Source: an uncultured Clostridia bacterium
GTDB lineage: Bacteria > Bacillota > Clostridia > Oscillospirales > CAG-382
Length of the DNA stretch: 64,000 bases
Assembly: GCA_947628695.1 (NCBI GenBank)
Contig: CANRAV010000005.1
Span: 9,354-73,353 of the forward strand
Direction: 5' to 3'
Shown here: in pieces, positions 37,841-46,848 of the stretch
Numbering within the stretch: the first letter of the stretch is position 1
Layout: every line of letters begins with the position of its first letter
Position numbers and translations under genes: made by a program
The notes under the pieces: generated by a model
What the model saw: only the letters and a program-made list of their open reading frames with translations
The model's database searches: none
What the model was told of the DNA's origin: nothing

Positions 37841-39254
37841 TGTTGGGGATGAGGGTGGGAAGGTTCTCTTCCGACACCATCACGACGATGTAGTCAACGT
37901 TTGTGTTCTCGCCTGCGGCATAGTCGGCAGCCTTGGTGGCGTTGACGTTATAGGTGCCGGCAGTCTCAAACATGCAGTTGTTGAACCTCTCCGCAAGCAT
38001 GTCAACGCAGCCGAAGGTCGCGCTGTCCCTGTAGAAGAACGCCGTGGGAAGATTGCTCCTTTCGGTGTAGAAGCCGAAGGTGTCGTCCACGCAGGTGTAT
38101 GCCTCGTCCTTATGGATAAGCTTGCTTGAAAAATACTTGTTGTAGGGACGATAGTCGTCGTCGCCTATGTACTCTTTTATACCGCTTATAAGGTAGGTCT
38201 TGTCAAGCTCCAGCTCTTCCGGTGCCTTGTCGCCGATATCAAGGTTGAACTTCGGCACAAAGTCGTAAACCGTCTCCCTCATAACAGAGGTGTCAAACCC
38301 GAAGTGATAAGCAAGATCGCCGCCAAGCGCATCCTTGACCTCTTTAACCTCAAAGTCGCTTACGGGTCTGGGTGCGGCGTCCGGGAACTTCTCCGCAATG
38401 TGGTTCATCAGCTCTACGTAAGTGAGGTACTGCGCATACTCGCTCCAGGCGCTGTGTGTGCGGTAGTAAAGCGGATAATCGCTCGGCTTCTTCTCATCCA
38501 AAACGGCCTTCATGTCTATAAGGGTCGCGCCGGACTCGTTAATGGCCTTAACAGCCTGGTCGTAAAGCGTAACGCCCTCTGTAACCTCCGTCCCCTCGGG
38601 AAGGGAGTCCTTCATGCCGTAGGACTTGGAGGGCATAAGCACATATATAAGCTCCGTATTGCCCCTCGCGTTAAGCGTATTGACGTAGTTGTTTACCGTC
38701 GCGGTGAAGGTATTTATCGAAGTGTTCTGACGGATGACGTCCTCGCCGAGCACGTCAAGGGAAGACTTCAAAAACATCGTCGCCCTGTCTGCCAAGGCGG
38801 TGGGATAAACCAAATTGCCGTCCGTGGTCGCATCGTAGCCCTTTACAACAACCTTCGGCTCGCTCTCGGTCTTGCCGGGGGCGGCAGCGGTAAGCTGAAT
38901 GCGCGCATCTATGCGGGTGCCGACGTCAAGCTCTATGGCGAAAACGGTGCCCTGTGCGGTAACCGTCTCATTGTTGCCGCCGACAACGGAAGCCGTAACC
39001 ACCGCATTCTCCTCGCAGGTGCCGAGTATCGCAATAGTCGTCTGGCTGCTGTTGAAGGCCTGCGCCACAACGGGCATGGCAGTCTGCCCCTCTGCAGGGG
39101 GCGGGTCGGGCTGCGACTCTTCCTCGCTTACCTCAACGCTTTGCCCAAGCTGGGGCACCTCGTCAAGCAGGTCGACGGTAGTGTCGTCGTCGCATGCCGC
39201 AAAGCATACCAAAATCGAAAGCAAAAGTAATATTGCCAAAGCTGTTCTTTTCAT
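37833..39254 (-). CDS. Lipoprotein with an Ig-like domain and a DHHW/AlgX-like SGNH-type domain
   Basis: Lipobox FAAC; LMPSK, LYYRTHSAW, GDLA, RDSAT segments. Confidence 0.6.
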   Translation of the reverse strand: MKRTALAILLLLSILVCFAACDDDTTVDLLDEVPQLGQSVEVSEEESQPDPPPAEGQTAMPVVAQAFNSSQTTIAILGTCEENAVVTASVVGGNNETVTAQGTVFAIELDVGTRIDARIQLTAAAPGKTESEPKVVVKGYDATTDGNLVYPTALADRATMFLKSSLDVLGEDVIRQNTSINTFTATVNNYVNTLNARGNTELIYVLMPSKSYGMKDSLPEGTEVTEGVTLYDQAVKAINESGATLIDMKAVLDEKKPSDYPLYYRTHSAWSEYAQYLTYVELMNHIAEKFPDAAPRPVSDFEVKEVKDALGGDLAYHFGFDTSVMRETVYDFVPKFNLDIGDKAPEELELDKTYLISGIKEYIGDDDYRPYNKYFSSKLIHKDEAYTCVDDTFGFYTERSNLPTAFFYRDSATFGCVDMLAERFNNCMFETAGTYNVNATKAADYAAGENTNVDYIVVMVSEENLPTLIPNNG

Positions 39255-39319
39255 GTGCATAGGTTCCTCGTTTCTGATCGTGTGTCGAAAGGCCTTCCGA
39301 CAGACCGGTTCGGCGTATT

Positions 39320-41323
39320 TTATTCCTCCGCCTTTTTCGCCTCTTCAATTATCTTGTTGGCTATCTCGGAGGGAGCTTCTTCATATCTGACAAACTCAAA
39401 GGTATAGCTGCCCCTGCCCTGCGTCATCGCGCGCAGCTGGATAGCGTAGTTGTTCATCTCCGCAGAGGGTATCTCCGCCTCTATAACCGTGTAACCCTTG
39501 CGGCTGCTCTCCGCCATGCCCATTATCCTGCCGCGGCGCTTTGAAATATCGCCCATTATGTCGCCGCTGTACGAGGTGGGTATAAGCACGCGAAGCGCAC
39601 CCACCGGCTCCAGTATAACGGGGTTGGCGTTTATGGTCTGCTTGTATGCGAGTATCGCAGCAAGCTTAAAGGAAATTTCGTTAGAGTCAACAGGGTGATA
39701 CGAACCGTCGAACAAGTCCGCAGCGAGGTTCACAACCGGGAAGCCGGCAAGCACGCCCTTCTGCATTGCCTCCAGCAGGCCCTTTTCAACCGCGGGATAG
39801 TAGTTCTTCGGCACGCTGCCGCCGACAACGCTTTGCGTAAAGGTAAGACCCTCGTCCTCGCCGTGGCTGAAGGTTATCTTAACGTGGCCGTACTGACCGG
39901 AACCGCCGGACTGCTTCTTGTGCTTGCCCTCGGTCTGTATCGTCTTCTTTATCGTCTCTCTGTAGGCCGTCTTCGGCTCTGCATACTCTATGGAAACGCC
40001 GTAGCGCGTCTTAAGCTTGGAAGCGACAACGTCAAGGTGAATGTCGCCGAGGCCGGAAAGAAGCATCTGCTTCGTCTCCGCGTTGTTCTCGTACTTAAGG
40101 GTCGGGTCCTCCTCCAAAAGCTTCGCAATGCCTGCGGAGATCTTGTCCTCGTCGCCCTTGCTCTTAGGCACTATTGCCATGCGGTAATAGGGCTTCGGAT
40201 AGTCGGCAGGGGCAAAGGCCTCCTTGCCGCCCAAGGTGTCGCCCGTGTTGGTGGCAACAAGCTTCGTCGTGTAGGCGATGTCGCCGAAAACTGCCTCGTC
40301 AAGCTCCGTCTCCTTGGCGCCGACGCAGGTGTATATCCTTGCTATCTTCTCGCTCTGGTCGGAGCGGAGGTTCGTAAGCACGGTGTCCTTCTTAAGGGTG
40401 CCGGACATAACGCGGAAGAAGCTCTTCTTGCCGAAGGCGTCCGCAACGGACTTAAAGCAGAACAGCGCAGTCGCCCCTGCGGGGTCAAGCTTAACTTCGC
40501 CGTCAACCGTCCTTTCGCTTGCGGGCTTGAAGAAGTCCGCAATTATGTCAAGGAAGCCGGAAACGCCGGCAAGAGTCGCCGCAGAACCGGAAAATACCGG
40601 GCTTATCATGCCGTTCGAAAGCCCCTTGCGAAGCGCAATAAGCATCTCGTCGTCGGTAAGCTCCATCTCCTCCAGGTACTTCTCCATAAGGTCGTCGTCC
40701 GTCTCCGCAAGAGACTCCGTAAGCTCCTCACGGACAGAGTCGAACTTGGACATGTCAACGTCAACCTTCTTCGCGCCGCCCTTTGCGTCGTACTCAAACG
40801 CCTCACGCGTTATGAGGTTGCAGAAGACCTTCGAGCTGCCCGCAGCGCCCTCGTAGGGGACGAAAACTGGGCAGACCTTGCTGCCGAACTGCTCCTTAAG
40901 GCCGGCAAGAACGTTGTCGAAATTGGCGTTCTCGTCGTCGGTCTTGTTTACGAAAAAGCACCTCGGCATGCCCTCCGCATAGTCCCAGGAAAGCTCAGTG
41001 CCAACCTTAAAGCCGCTTTTGCCGTCAACGACCAAAACGGTGGTGTCCGCCGCGCGAAGCGCCTGCTTGACCTCACCGGCAAAATCGAAATAGCCGGGAG
41101 TGTCCAAAAGATTTATCTTCTTGCCCTTCCAGTCAAAAGCCGCAAGACTTGCCATGATGGAGTTGCCGCGCTTTTTCTCTTCCGGGTCGAAATCGAGATT
41201 GCCGCCGACCCTGTCAATTGCGCCGGCAAGCAAAAGCATTGCCTCCGCAAGGGCGGTTTTGCCGTCTCCGCTGTGGCCCAAAAGGGCGATGTTTTTGATT
41301 TGTTCGGAATGATATTTTGCCAC
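39320..41323 (-). CDS. Elongation factor G-like protein (EF-G paralogue)
   Basis: GHSGDGKT, DTPGY, NKTD, KKQSGGSGQYGHV, DGSYHPVDS; probable GTG start. Confidence 0.9.
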   Translation of the reverse strand: MAKYHSEQIKNIALLGHSGDGKTALAEAMLLLAGAIDRVGGNLDFDPEEKKRGNSIMASLAAFDWKGKKINLLDTPGYFDFAGEVKQALRAADTTVLVVDGKSGFKVGTELSWDYAEGMPRCFFVNKTDDENANFDNVLAGLKEQFGSKVCPVFVPYEGAAGSSKVFCNLITREAFEYDAKGGAKKVDVDMSKFDSVREELTESLAETDDDLMEKYLEEMELTDDEMLIALRKGLSNGMISPVFSGSAATLAGVSGFLDIIADFFKPASERTVDGEVKLDPAGATALFCFKSVADAFGKKSFFRVMSGTLKKDTVLTNLRSDQSEKIARIYTCVGAKETELDEAVFGDIAYTTKLVATNTGDTLGGKEAFAPADYPKPYYRMAIVPKSKGDEDKISAGIAKLLEEDPTLKYENNAETKQMLLSGLGDIHLDVVASKLKTRYGVSIEYAEPKTAYRETIKKTIQTEGKHKKQSGGSGQYGHVKITFSHGEDEGLTFTQSVVGGSVPKNYYPAVEKGLLEAMQKGVLAGFPVVNLAADLFDGSYHPVDSNEISFKLAAILAYKQTINANPVILEPVGALRVLIPTSYSGDIMGDISKRRGRIMGMAESSRKGYTVIEAEIPSAEMNNYAIQLRAMTQGRGSYTFEFVRYEEAPSEIANKIIEEAKKAEE

Positions 41324-41506
41324 GTTGTTATCCTCCATTTAATATATGAATATACGAACATAAACGCCTGCAGCCAAAGCCGCCGCGTACCTTCATTCAT
41401 TTTATTATAAAATATTTGCGAAAATTATTCAAGAGGCTTTTCGTAATATCTTTCTCGCAGGATGTAAAATTATCGGCCTCGTTTTTGTGCAGCTTTCACA
41501 AAAACC

Positions 41507-44041
41507 TTATAGGAAAAACGACATTACTATGGACGGTATCAGCCACAAAACCTGGAAAAGCGCAACGTAAGCGCTGCCGTAGGTCTGCGCCTCGCCCGTG
41601 AGGGTGAGGAAGAAAACGGCGAAGGCCGCCACTATCATAGCGGCGATGTTTATTATAACGTTGCTCTTTGTCGCGTGGCGCGCGCGGTCGCAAAGGATGA
41701 ACATCTTGAGGAAGCTGTGAAGCGACGAGACGGAGACAATGCCGCTGTCTGCCTTCTCCTCCACGGCGTTCATGTCCTCCGGCCTGCCGCCCTTCAAAAC
41801 CGCAACCGGGCACTGCTTGTACTTTATGTTCTTTTGAAGCAGCTCGTTGTTTATATTGGGGTCAAGCGTCTTTATGCCCACGCACACGCCCGCGCGGTGC
41901 ATGCTTTTAAGCAGGTCGTCAAACTCAGGGCTTATGCCGTACTTGACGTATATCTTCGCAACGACCTCGTCGTTTATCGCCATGTACATTACAGAGCCTA
42001 TGTTCTTGGAGTAAACCTCGTCCGTCTCGTCAACGGGCGCGTCAAGTCGGCAGTGGCGCATATAGCTGCGCTTGCCGAGGTAGTAGTCGCAGCCGTCCAT
42101 GGCTATGTAAAGCCCGTCTGCGGCAGAGTCGATAAGCCTAATACTGTCCGGCTTCGGTATCTTGTCAAGCATCCGCGCTATGACGGTCTTAAGCGGGCCT
42201 TCTATGTAGTTGAAAAGCATACCAAGCCTGGTGACCACCTTGTCTATGGGGTAGCTGCCGTAGGTCTTTATCCCGGTTATGCTTACAAGGTGAGGCAGGA
42301 ACGCCTCCGTATCCGCAAAGGAAAGAACCGCCGCGTCTGCGTACTCCTCCGCAACGGCGTTGCCGACAAAGGCGGCACCGTGACGCTTTGCGGAGATGTT
42401 GGCGGCTATCACCGGCAGGCTTATCATGAAGAACGACGTAAGCGGTGTCGCCGTGCAGAACAGAAGCGCAGCGCCCCAAAAAGCGCCGTAAAGCTGCCCT
42501 TTTAAGAGATACGAGGTCAAAAACAGCGCCACTGCGGCAATGAAGTTTGCCGGAAGCAGGAAGTTGAATATGTCCTCGCTTTCCGGGCGCTTGTTGACCC
42601 TTGCAAAGAACCCGGACACAAAGGACGCGCGCTTTACTGTGTAAAGCTCGCTGCTTTCAAGCAGGTACTTGTAAAACTCTCCCGCCTCGCCGGTGTTTCC
42701 GGTAAGCGCGTTTGCGGTGAACTTCGCCCGCTTGGAGGCGACGGTGCAGAAGCAGTACAAATCCTTCTTGCTCTGCAGGTATCTGACCAGCGCAAGGCAG
42801 GTCGCCGCACAGGCGGCGGTGAGGTTGTAAAGCTTCAAATCCAGCCTTGTCGGATCGTTGAACACACTTGCAAGGCACATGGCCGTGCAGGCGATGAACG
42901 ACGAGGCAAGCACGCTGTCTGCCGTAAGCTTAAAGCCCTTAAACGCCTTAAGCCCGTTTATAAAGCTCCTCGACATTATCATTATGATGAAAAACAGAAG
43001 CTGCAAATCGACGAGAATGTATATTATCCCGTAACGCCCGGGGCGCAGATACGGCGTAACATCCGAGGTGTAACGGTTGGTTTCCAAAAACAGTATCGCT
43101 ATAGTCAGAAGAAGCACGCCGAGGAACTTAAAGCGGCTTACGGCCTTCGCCTTCGTAAGCATCGCGGCGATCTCCGTGTTCTGCGAACGGTCGGTGTACT
43201 CAAAGGCAGCCGCCTGCTCTTTGCTCTTTTTAACGCGGGTCTTCTTCGCCTTTTTCGCGGAAGAGGCGCGCTTAAACATGGCGTCGCCTCCGCCCTCCGG
43301 CGCGGGAGGCGGCGTTTCGCCCTCCTCCATCATGTCGAAGATCATGCGAAGCTTCTTGTCCTTGTCGTTTTCGTCGTCGGCTGCCGGTGAAACGGGTGCA
43401 GCCTCCTCGTCAATGCCCAGCGTCAGCTGATCCTTGCTTTCTTCCTCCTCCGGCTCTATGGAGATCTCCCCGCTGTTTATCTTCTCGCTTAGGGATGCGA
43501 AATCCTCGTCGAAGGTCGCCTTTTCCCCGCTGTCAAGCGGAAGCTCCTCCAGCTGCTGCGTGTCGCCGAGGCTGAAAAGCTTTTCCTGCACGAACTTTTC
43601 CCTCTCCGGCACCTCGTCGGAAAGCCTGCCTCCGCCCTCCAAATCCACGTGCACAGGCGGCGTCTTCCCGTCAAGTATCGCGTATATGTCGTCAACGCGC
43701 TTGCCCGCGCGTGAATGATCGTCCGAAAAGTATTTAAGCAGCGCGCTGTCGTCCGCAGAGTGCGCGTCAAGCAGCTCCTTCAGCCGCCTTGTGCTTGCGT
43801 TGGGGTCTTTCTTTTCCCTGTCGCTGTACTCGTTTATTACCTCTTGCTCTTCGGTTATCGGCTCCGGCGCCTTTTTGGGCGCTTCCGCCTCCTTTTCGGC
43901 TGCCTTCTCCGCCTCCGCGCCGAAGTCGGGGGCCGCAGTGCCCCGCTTTTTCTCGGTCTCGTCGGCCGCAGCGTCAAGCACGCTGTTTATATCGAGTATG
44001 CTGTTTTTTGCGGATTTTTCCTCTTTCCTGTTCTGCGCCAT
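41507..44041 (-). CDS. Membrane protein with an acidic disordered N-terminus and a degenerate P1B-ATPase-like C-terminal half
   Basis: About 8 TM segments; GAAFVG..AEEY....VLSFADTEAF aligns with the P-domain entry; no DKTGT. Confidence 0.6.
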   Translation of the reverse strand: MAQNRKEEKSAKNSILDINSVLDAAADETEKKRGTAAPDFGAEAEKAAEKEAEAPKKAPEPITEEQEVINEYSDREKKDPNASTRRLKELLDAHSADDSALLKYFSDDHSRAGKRVDDIYAILDGKTPPVHVDLEGGGRLSDEVPEREKFVQEKLFSLGDTQQLEELPLDSGEKATFDEDFASLSEKINSGEISIEPEEEESKDQLTLGIDEEAAPVSPAADDENDKDKKLRMIFDMMEEGETPPPAPEGGGDAMFKRASSAKKAKKTRVKKSKEQAAAFEYTDRSQNTEIAAMLTKAKAVSRFKFLGVLLLTIAILFLETNRYTSDVTPYLRPGRYGIIYILVDLQLLFFIIMIMSRSFINGLKAFKGFKLTADSVLASSFIACTAMCLASVFNDPTRLDLKLYNLTAACAATCLALVRYLQSKKDLYCFCTVASKRAKFTANALTGNTGEAGEFYKYLLESSELYTVKRASFVSGFFARVNKRPESEDIFNFLLPANFIAAVALFLTSYLLKGQLYGAFWGAALLFCTATPLTSFFMISLPVIAANISAKRHGAAFVGNAVAEEYADAAVLSFADTEAFLPHLVSITGIKTYGSYPIDKVVTRLGMLFNYIEGPLKTVIARMLDKIPKPDSIRLIDSAADGLYIAMDGCDYYLGKRSYMRHCRLDAPVDETDEVYSKNIGSVMYMAINDEVVAKIYVKYGISPEFDDLLKSMHRAGVCVGIKTLDPNINNELLQKNIKYKQCPVAVLKGGRPEDMNAVEEKADSGIVSVSSLHSFLKMFILCDRARHATKSNVIINIAAMIVAAFAVFFLTLTGEAQTYGSAYVALFQVLWLIPSIVMSFFL

Positions 44042-44054
44042 CTGAACGCCTCCT

Positions 44055-44813
44055 CTAACTGTTTCGCTGCCTTGCCGCCTCAAACAGCACCACCGCAGCG
44101 GCAGTTGATACGTTAAGCGAATTGACCTCGCCGTACATCGGTATGCTCACAACAAAATCGCTGTGCTCCCTGACAAGGGGCGAAACGCCGCCGCCCTCGC
44201 TGCCGAGGACAAACGCCGCACCGCCGTCGTATTTAACGCCGTAGTACGGCTCTCCGTCCGCCTCCAGCGCGTAAACCCAAACGCCGTGCTTTTTAAGATA
44301 GTCTATTGCCTGCGAAAGGTTTGTAACCTTGCAGACGGGTATATGCTCCACAGCACCGGCAGACGCCTTAACGGCCGAAGGCGTAAGCAGCGCCGAGCGC
44401 CGCTTCGGCACCACCACACCGTGGCAGCCGGCACACTCCGCCGTGCGGATTATCGCACCGAGGTTGTGCGGGTCGTTCACACAGTCGGCTATGACTATAA
44501 AAGGCGCTTCGCCTTTGCTTTTTGCGTTCTCCAGTATGTCGTCAAGGGTTGCGTATTCCCTTTCCGGTATGCGTGCGGCGACGCCCTGATTATTGGGCGA
44601 CAGGCGGTCGAGAAACGCACGGTCCGTCTCCGTCACCGGGACGCCCGCCTTAAGTGCCTCCGCACGGATGGCGGAAAGAAGCCCGTCACCGCCCTTCAAT
44701 ATATAAAGCCTGTCCACGCTTTTGCCGCTTTTTAAAAGCTCCCGAACCGCGTTCCTGCCGGAAACGGTGTTTTCACTTTCCTCAAAACCGCTTTCCGTAA
44801 TTCTTTTCGCCAT
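44055..44813 (-). CDS. rlmB: 23S rRNA Gm2251 2'-O-methyltransferase (SpoU/TrmH family)
   Basis: GRNAVRE, DPHNLGAIIRTA, KASAGA, GSEG.G, VNSLNVS. Confidence 0.93.
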   Translation of the reverse strand: MAKRITESGFEESENTVSGRNAVRELLKSGKSVDRLYILKGGDGLLSAIRAEALKAGVPVTETDRAFLDRLSPNNQGVAARIPEREYATLDDILENAKSKGEAPFIVIADCVNDPHNLGAIIRTAECAGCHGVVVPKRRSALLTPSAVKASAGAVEHIPVCKVTNLSQAIDYLKKHGVWVYALEADGEPYYGVKYDGGAAFVLGSEGGGVSPLVREHSDFVVSIPMYGEVNSLNVSTAAAVVLFEAARQRNS

Positions 44814-44964
44814 AAAAACCCACCGTGTTTTTCTAATCAACGACATTATAACACACTGTTCGCACTTTGTCACGCCTTTTTTGCGTCTTTTGCAAAAAAA
44901 CAAAAAACTCTTAGGGAATAATATCCGGATTCCGAGGAAAAATACGGGAAAAGGAGATGTTTTT

Positions 44965-45594
44965 TTGACCGTTATATTCATCCGCACCGTGGTGTTTTTT
45001 GTGTTTCTTAACGCAAGCATGCGGCTTATGGGAAAGAGGCAGATAGGCGAGATACAGCTTACAGAGTTCGTCACCGCCGTCATGCTGTCGGAGCTTGCGG
45101 TGCTCCCGATAACCGACACCGACGTTCCCCTTGTGCACGGGCTTTTGGGGGTGGCGGTGCTTGCCTGCCTGGAGGTGATAAGCGCCTATATCTGCCGCAA
45201 AAGCCCCTTTGTGCGCAGGATAATGGACGGGCAGTCCCTTGTACTTGTGTCAAAGGGAAGGGTCATAGAGGAAAACCTTACAAAGTCCCGCATAAGCACG
45301 GACGAGCTTTTTGCGGCGATACGCTCGTCGGGGCTTTCGGGCATGGAGGACACCGCCTACGTCATACTGGAGCAAAGCGGCGCTTTGAGCGTGATACCGG
45401 CGGAAAAGGGAGGCGTATCGCACGCGGTGATAGTCGACGGCAGGGTGCAAAAGCGCGCGCTTGCCGACAGCGGCAGAAACAGAGGGTGGCTTAAGGACGT
45501 GCTGGAGGAAAAGGGGCTTCGCGCCGGAAGGCTTCTTTACCTTACGGTAAACGACAGCGGCGAGATAAAATACGCCGAGAAAAGCGGAAAATAG
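44965..45594 (+). CDS. DUF421 (YetF-like) membrane protein
   Basis: MRLMGKRQIGEIQ, ILEQSGALSVIP; TTG start after SD aaggag. Confidence 0.88.
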   Translation: MTVIFIRTVVFFVFLNASMRLMGKRQIGEIQLTEFVTAVMLSELAVLPITDTDVPLVHGLLGVAVLACLEVISAYICRKSPFVRRIMDGQSLVLVSKGRVIEENLTKSRISTDELFAAIRSSGLSGMEDTAYVILEQSGALSVIPAEKGGVSHAVIVDGRVQKRALADSGRNRGWLKDVLEEKGLRAGRLLYLTVNDSGEIKYAEKSGK

Positions 45595-45604
45595 GGGGCA
45601 GAAA

Positions 45605-46009
45605 TTGAGAGGCTTTGTTATATCCATGCTGATACTTGCGCTTCTTACGGGTGCCGTTGCGGTTTACGCCGCCGCCTGGGTAAAGCAGGTGGACGAGCTG
45701 AGGGCTTCGGTTGACGAGTGCTTCGGCAGCGCCGACGGTGACACTGCGGAAGCGATAGACAAAAGCATTTCGCTGCTTAAGGAAAAGCGGGCGTTTTTGC
45801 ACATGACGCTTCGGCAAAGCAAGATAGAGGCGCTTGTGACGGTGCTCACGGCAGCGCGAAGCTACTGCGCGGCGGGGAACGAAGAGGAGATGCGAAGATG
45901 CCTGAATGAGGCGGCAGGCGAGCTTGACAGGTGGAGAGAAGCGGAAAATATTCCCCATAAAGCCTTGCGGCTTTATGGGGACCCCGGTTTTAATCCCCCA
46001 AAAATCTGA
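45605..46009 (+). CDS. DUF4363-like protein; C-terminus read from repeat DNA
   Basis: N-terminal TM, follows DUF421; last codons lie inside repeat modules C/A. Confidence 0.65.
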   Translation: MRGFVISMLILALLTGAVAVYAAAWVKQVDELRASVDECFGSADGDTAEAIDKSISLLKEKRAFLHMTLRQSKIEALVTVLTAARSYCAAGNEEEMRRCLNEAAGELDRWREAENIPHKALRLYGDPGFNPPKI

Positions 46010-46240
46010 CGATTTTCGGGGGACCCCCATTGTGACTAATAGGTTGGCTCTTGAGAAAGCGCGGCTTTCTCAAGAGCCTTCAGTCATTATAGATTCCCGT
46101 TCACTCGCGTCTCGCGCCTACCCCCACCCCGCGGGGGTGAGTGTAGGCACTCGCGGGAATCCAAGGAGAATTTTCCGCGGTACATGCCCGCGGAAAATTC
46201 GAGTTTTATTGTATGCTCGCTTCGCTCGCGGTTTGGACGG
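45953..46240 (+). repeat. Repeat module C plus module A (inverted relative to 128-410 and 6060-6380)
   Basis: Reverse complement matches 6060-6380. Confidence 0.9.
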
Positions 46241-46260
46241 AGAATTTTTGTTAAAAATGC

Positions 46261-46398
46261 TTGACAAATTGCGCGGGCGGGTATATAATAACAAATAGAA
46301 AGGGCGCCGCCGATAAGCGGTTGGCCCCAAATTAGTTGGCTACCTACTTAAAAAAGTAGGCGATCGTCACTGTTGGAGTCAGTGGCGGTCATTTTTAT
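46261..46398 (+). ncRNA. Candidate antisense antitoxin sRNA, locus 1, extra copy (promoter included)
   Basis: TTGACA-17-TATAAT (46261-46289); no ORF; cctactt/aagtagg hairpin; terminal hairpin plus T-run. Confidence 0.65.
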
Positions 46399-46488
46399 TA
46401 GTGAAGAAGTAATAGTGAATAGTGGAGAAGTGCGGAAGAAAAAGCTCCCGCTTTTTCTACTTTATTTTGAAAAAGCAAATGAAAACGC

Positions 46489-46626
46489 TTGACAAATTGC
46501 GCGGGCGGGTATATAATAACAAATAGAAAGGGCGCCGCCGATAAGCGGTTGGCCCCCGTAACGCTTTTAACCTACTTAAAAAAGTAGGAGACCGTCACTG
46601 TTAGGACCAGTGGCGGTCATTTTTTG
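46489..46626 (+). ncRNA. Candidate antisense antitoxin sRNA, locus 1, cis copy (promoter included)
   Basis: Identical promoter (46489-46517); terminator overlaps the 3' end of the peptide ORF on the opposite strand. Confidence 0.7.
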
Positions 46627-46714
46627 CACACTTTACGATCGTAACGACCAATTGAATAAGGTCGCATATCGCGCTTATAAACACGAAGACCGCTTCATAT
46701 GTACTAAAAAACAT
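46601..46714 (-). CDS. Small hydrophobic peptide, putative type I (holin-like) toxin: MFFSTYEAVFVFISAICDLIQLVVTIVKCAKNDRHWS
   Basis: Strong SD (aaggagggagg), one TM helix, TYEA motif, basic tail; below the ORF-track size limit. Confidence 0.75.
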   Translation of the reverse strand: MFFSTYEAVFVFISAICDLIQLVVTIVKCAKNDRHWS

Positions 46715-46820
46715 AAGCCTCCCTCCTTCCCCTCGCTTAGAGAGCGAGAAAGGAGGAGCCAACCGCCTACCGTTATGGCAAACGCCCGGACGCCGCCGCT
46801 ATGGCAAACGCCCAAAGCTT

Positions 46821-46848
46821 ATTATACACTTTCAGCAAAATTTGTCAA
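46821..46848 (-). promoter_or_regulatory. SigA promoter for peptide mRNA, locus 1
   Basis: TTGACA-16-TATAAT on the minus strand. Confidence 0.75.

Noticed and set aside
39320-41323. Canonical fusA or a TetM-like resistance protein
   Set aside because: Not in an rpsL-rpsG-fusA-tuf context, and the G-motifs (GHSGDGKT, DTPGY) fit the common EF-G paralogue group.
44814-45119. Mutual long overlap of the rlmB and DUF421 ORFs
   Set aside because: Artefact of longest-ORF calling; likely starts are 44813 (-) and 44965 (+), leaving a divergent intergenic region.
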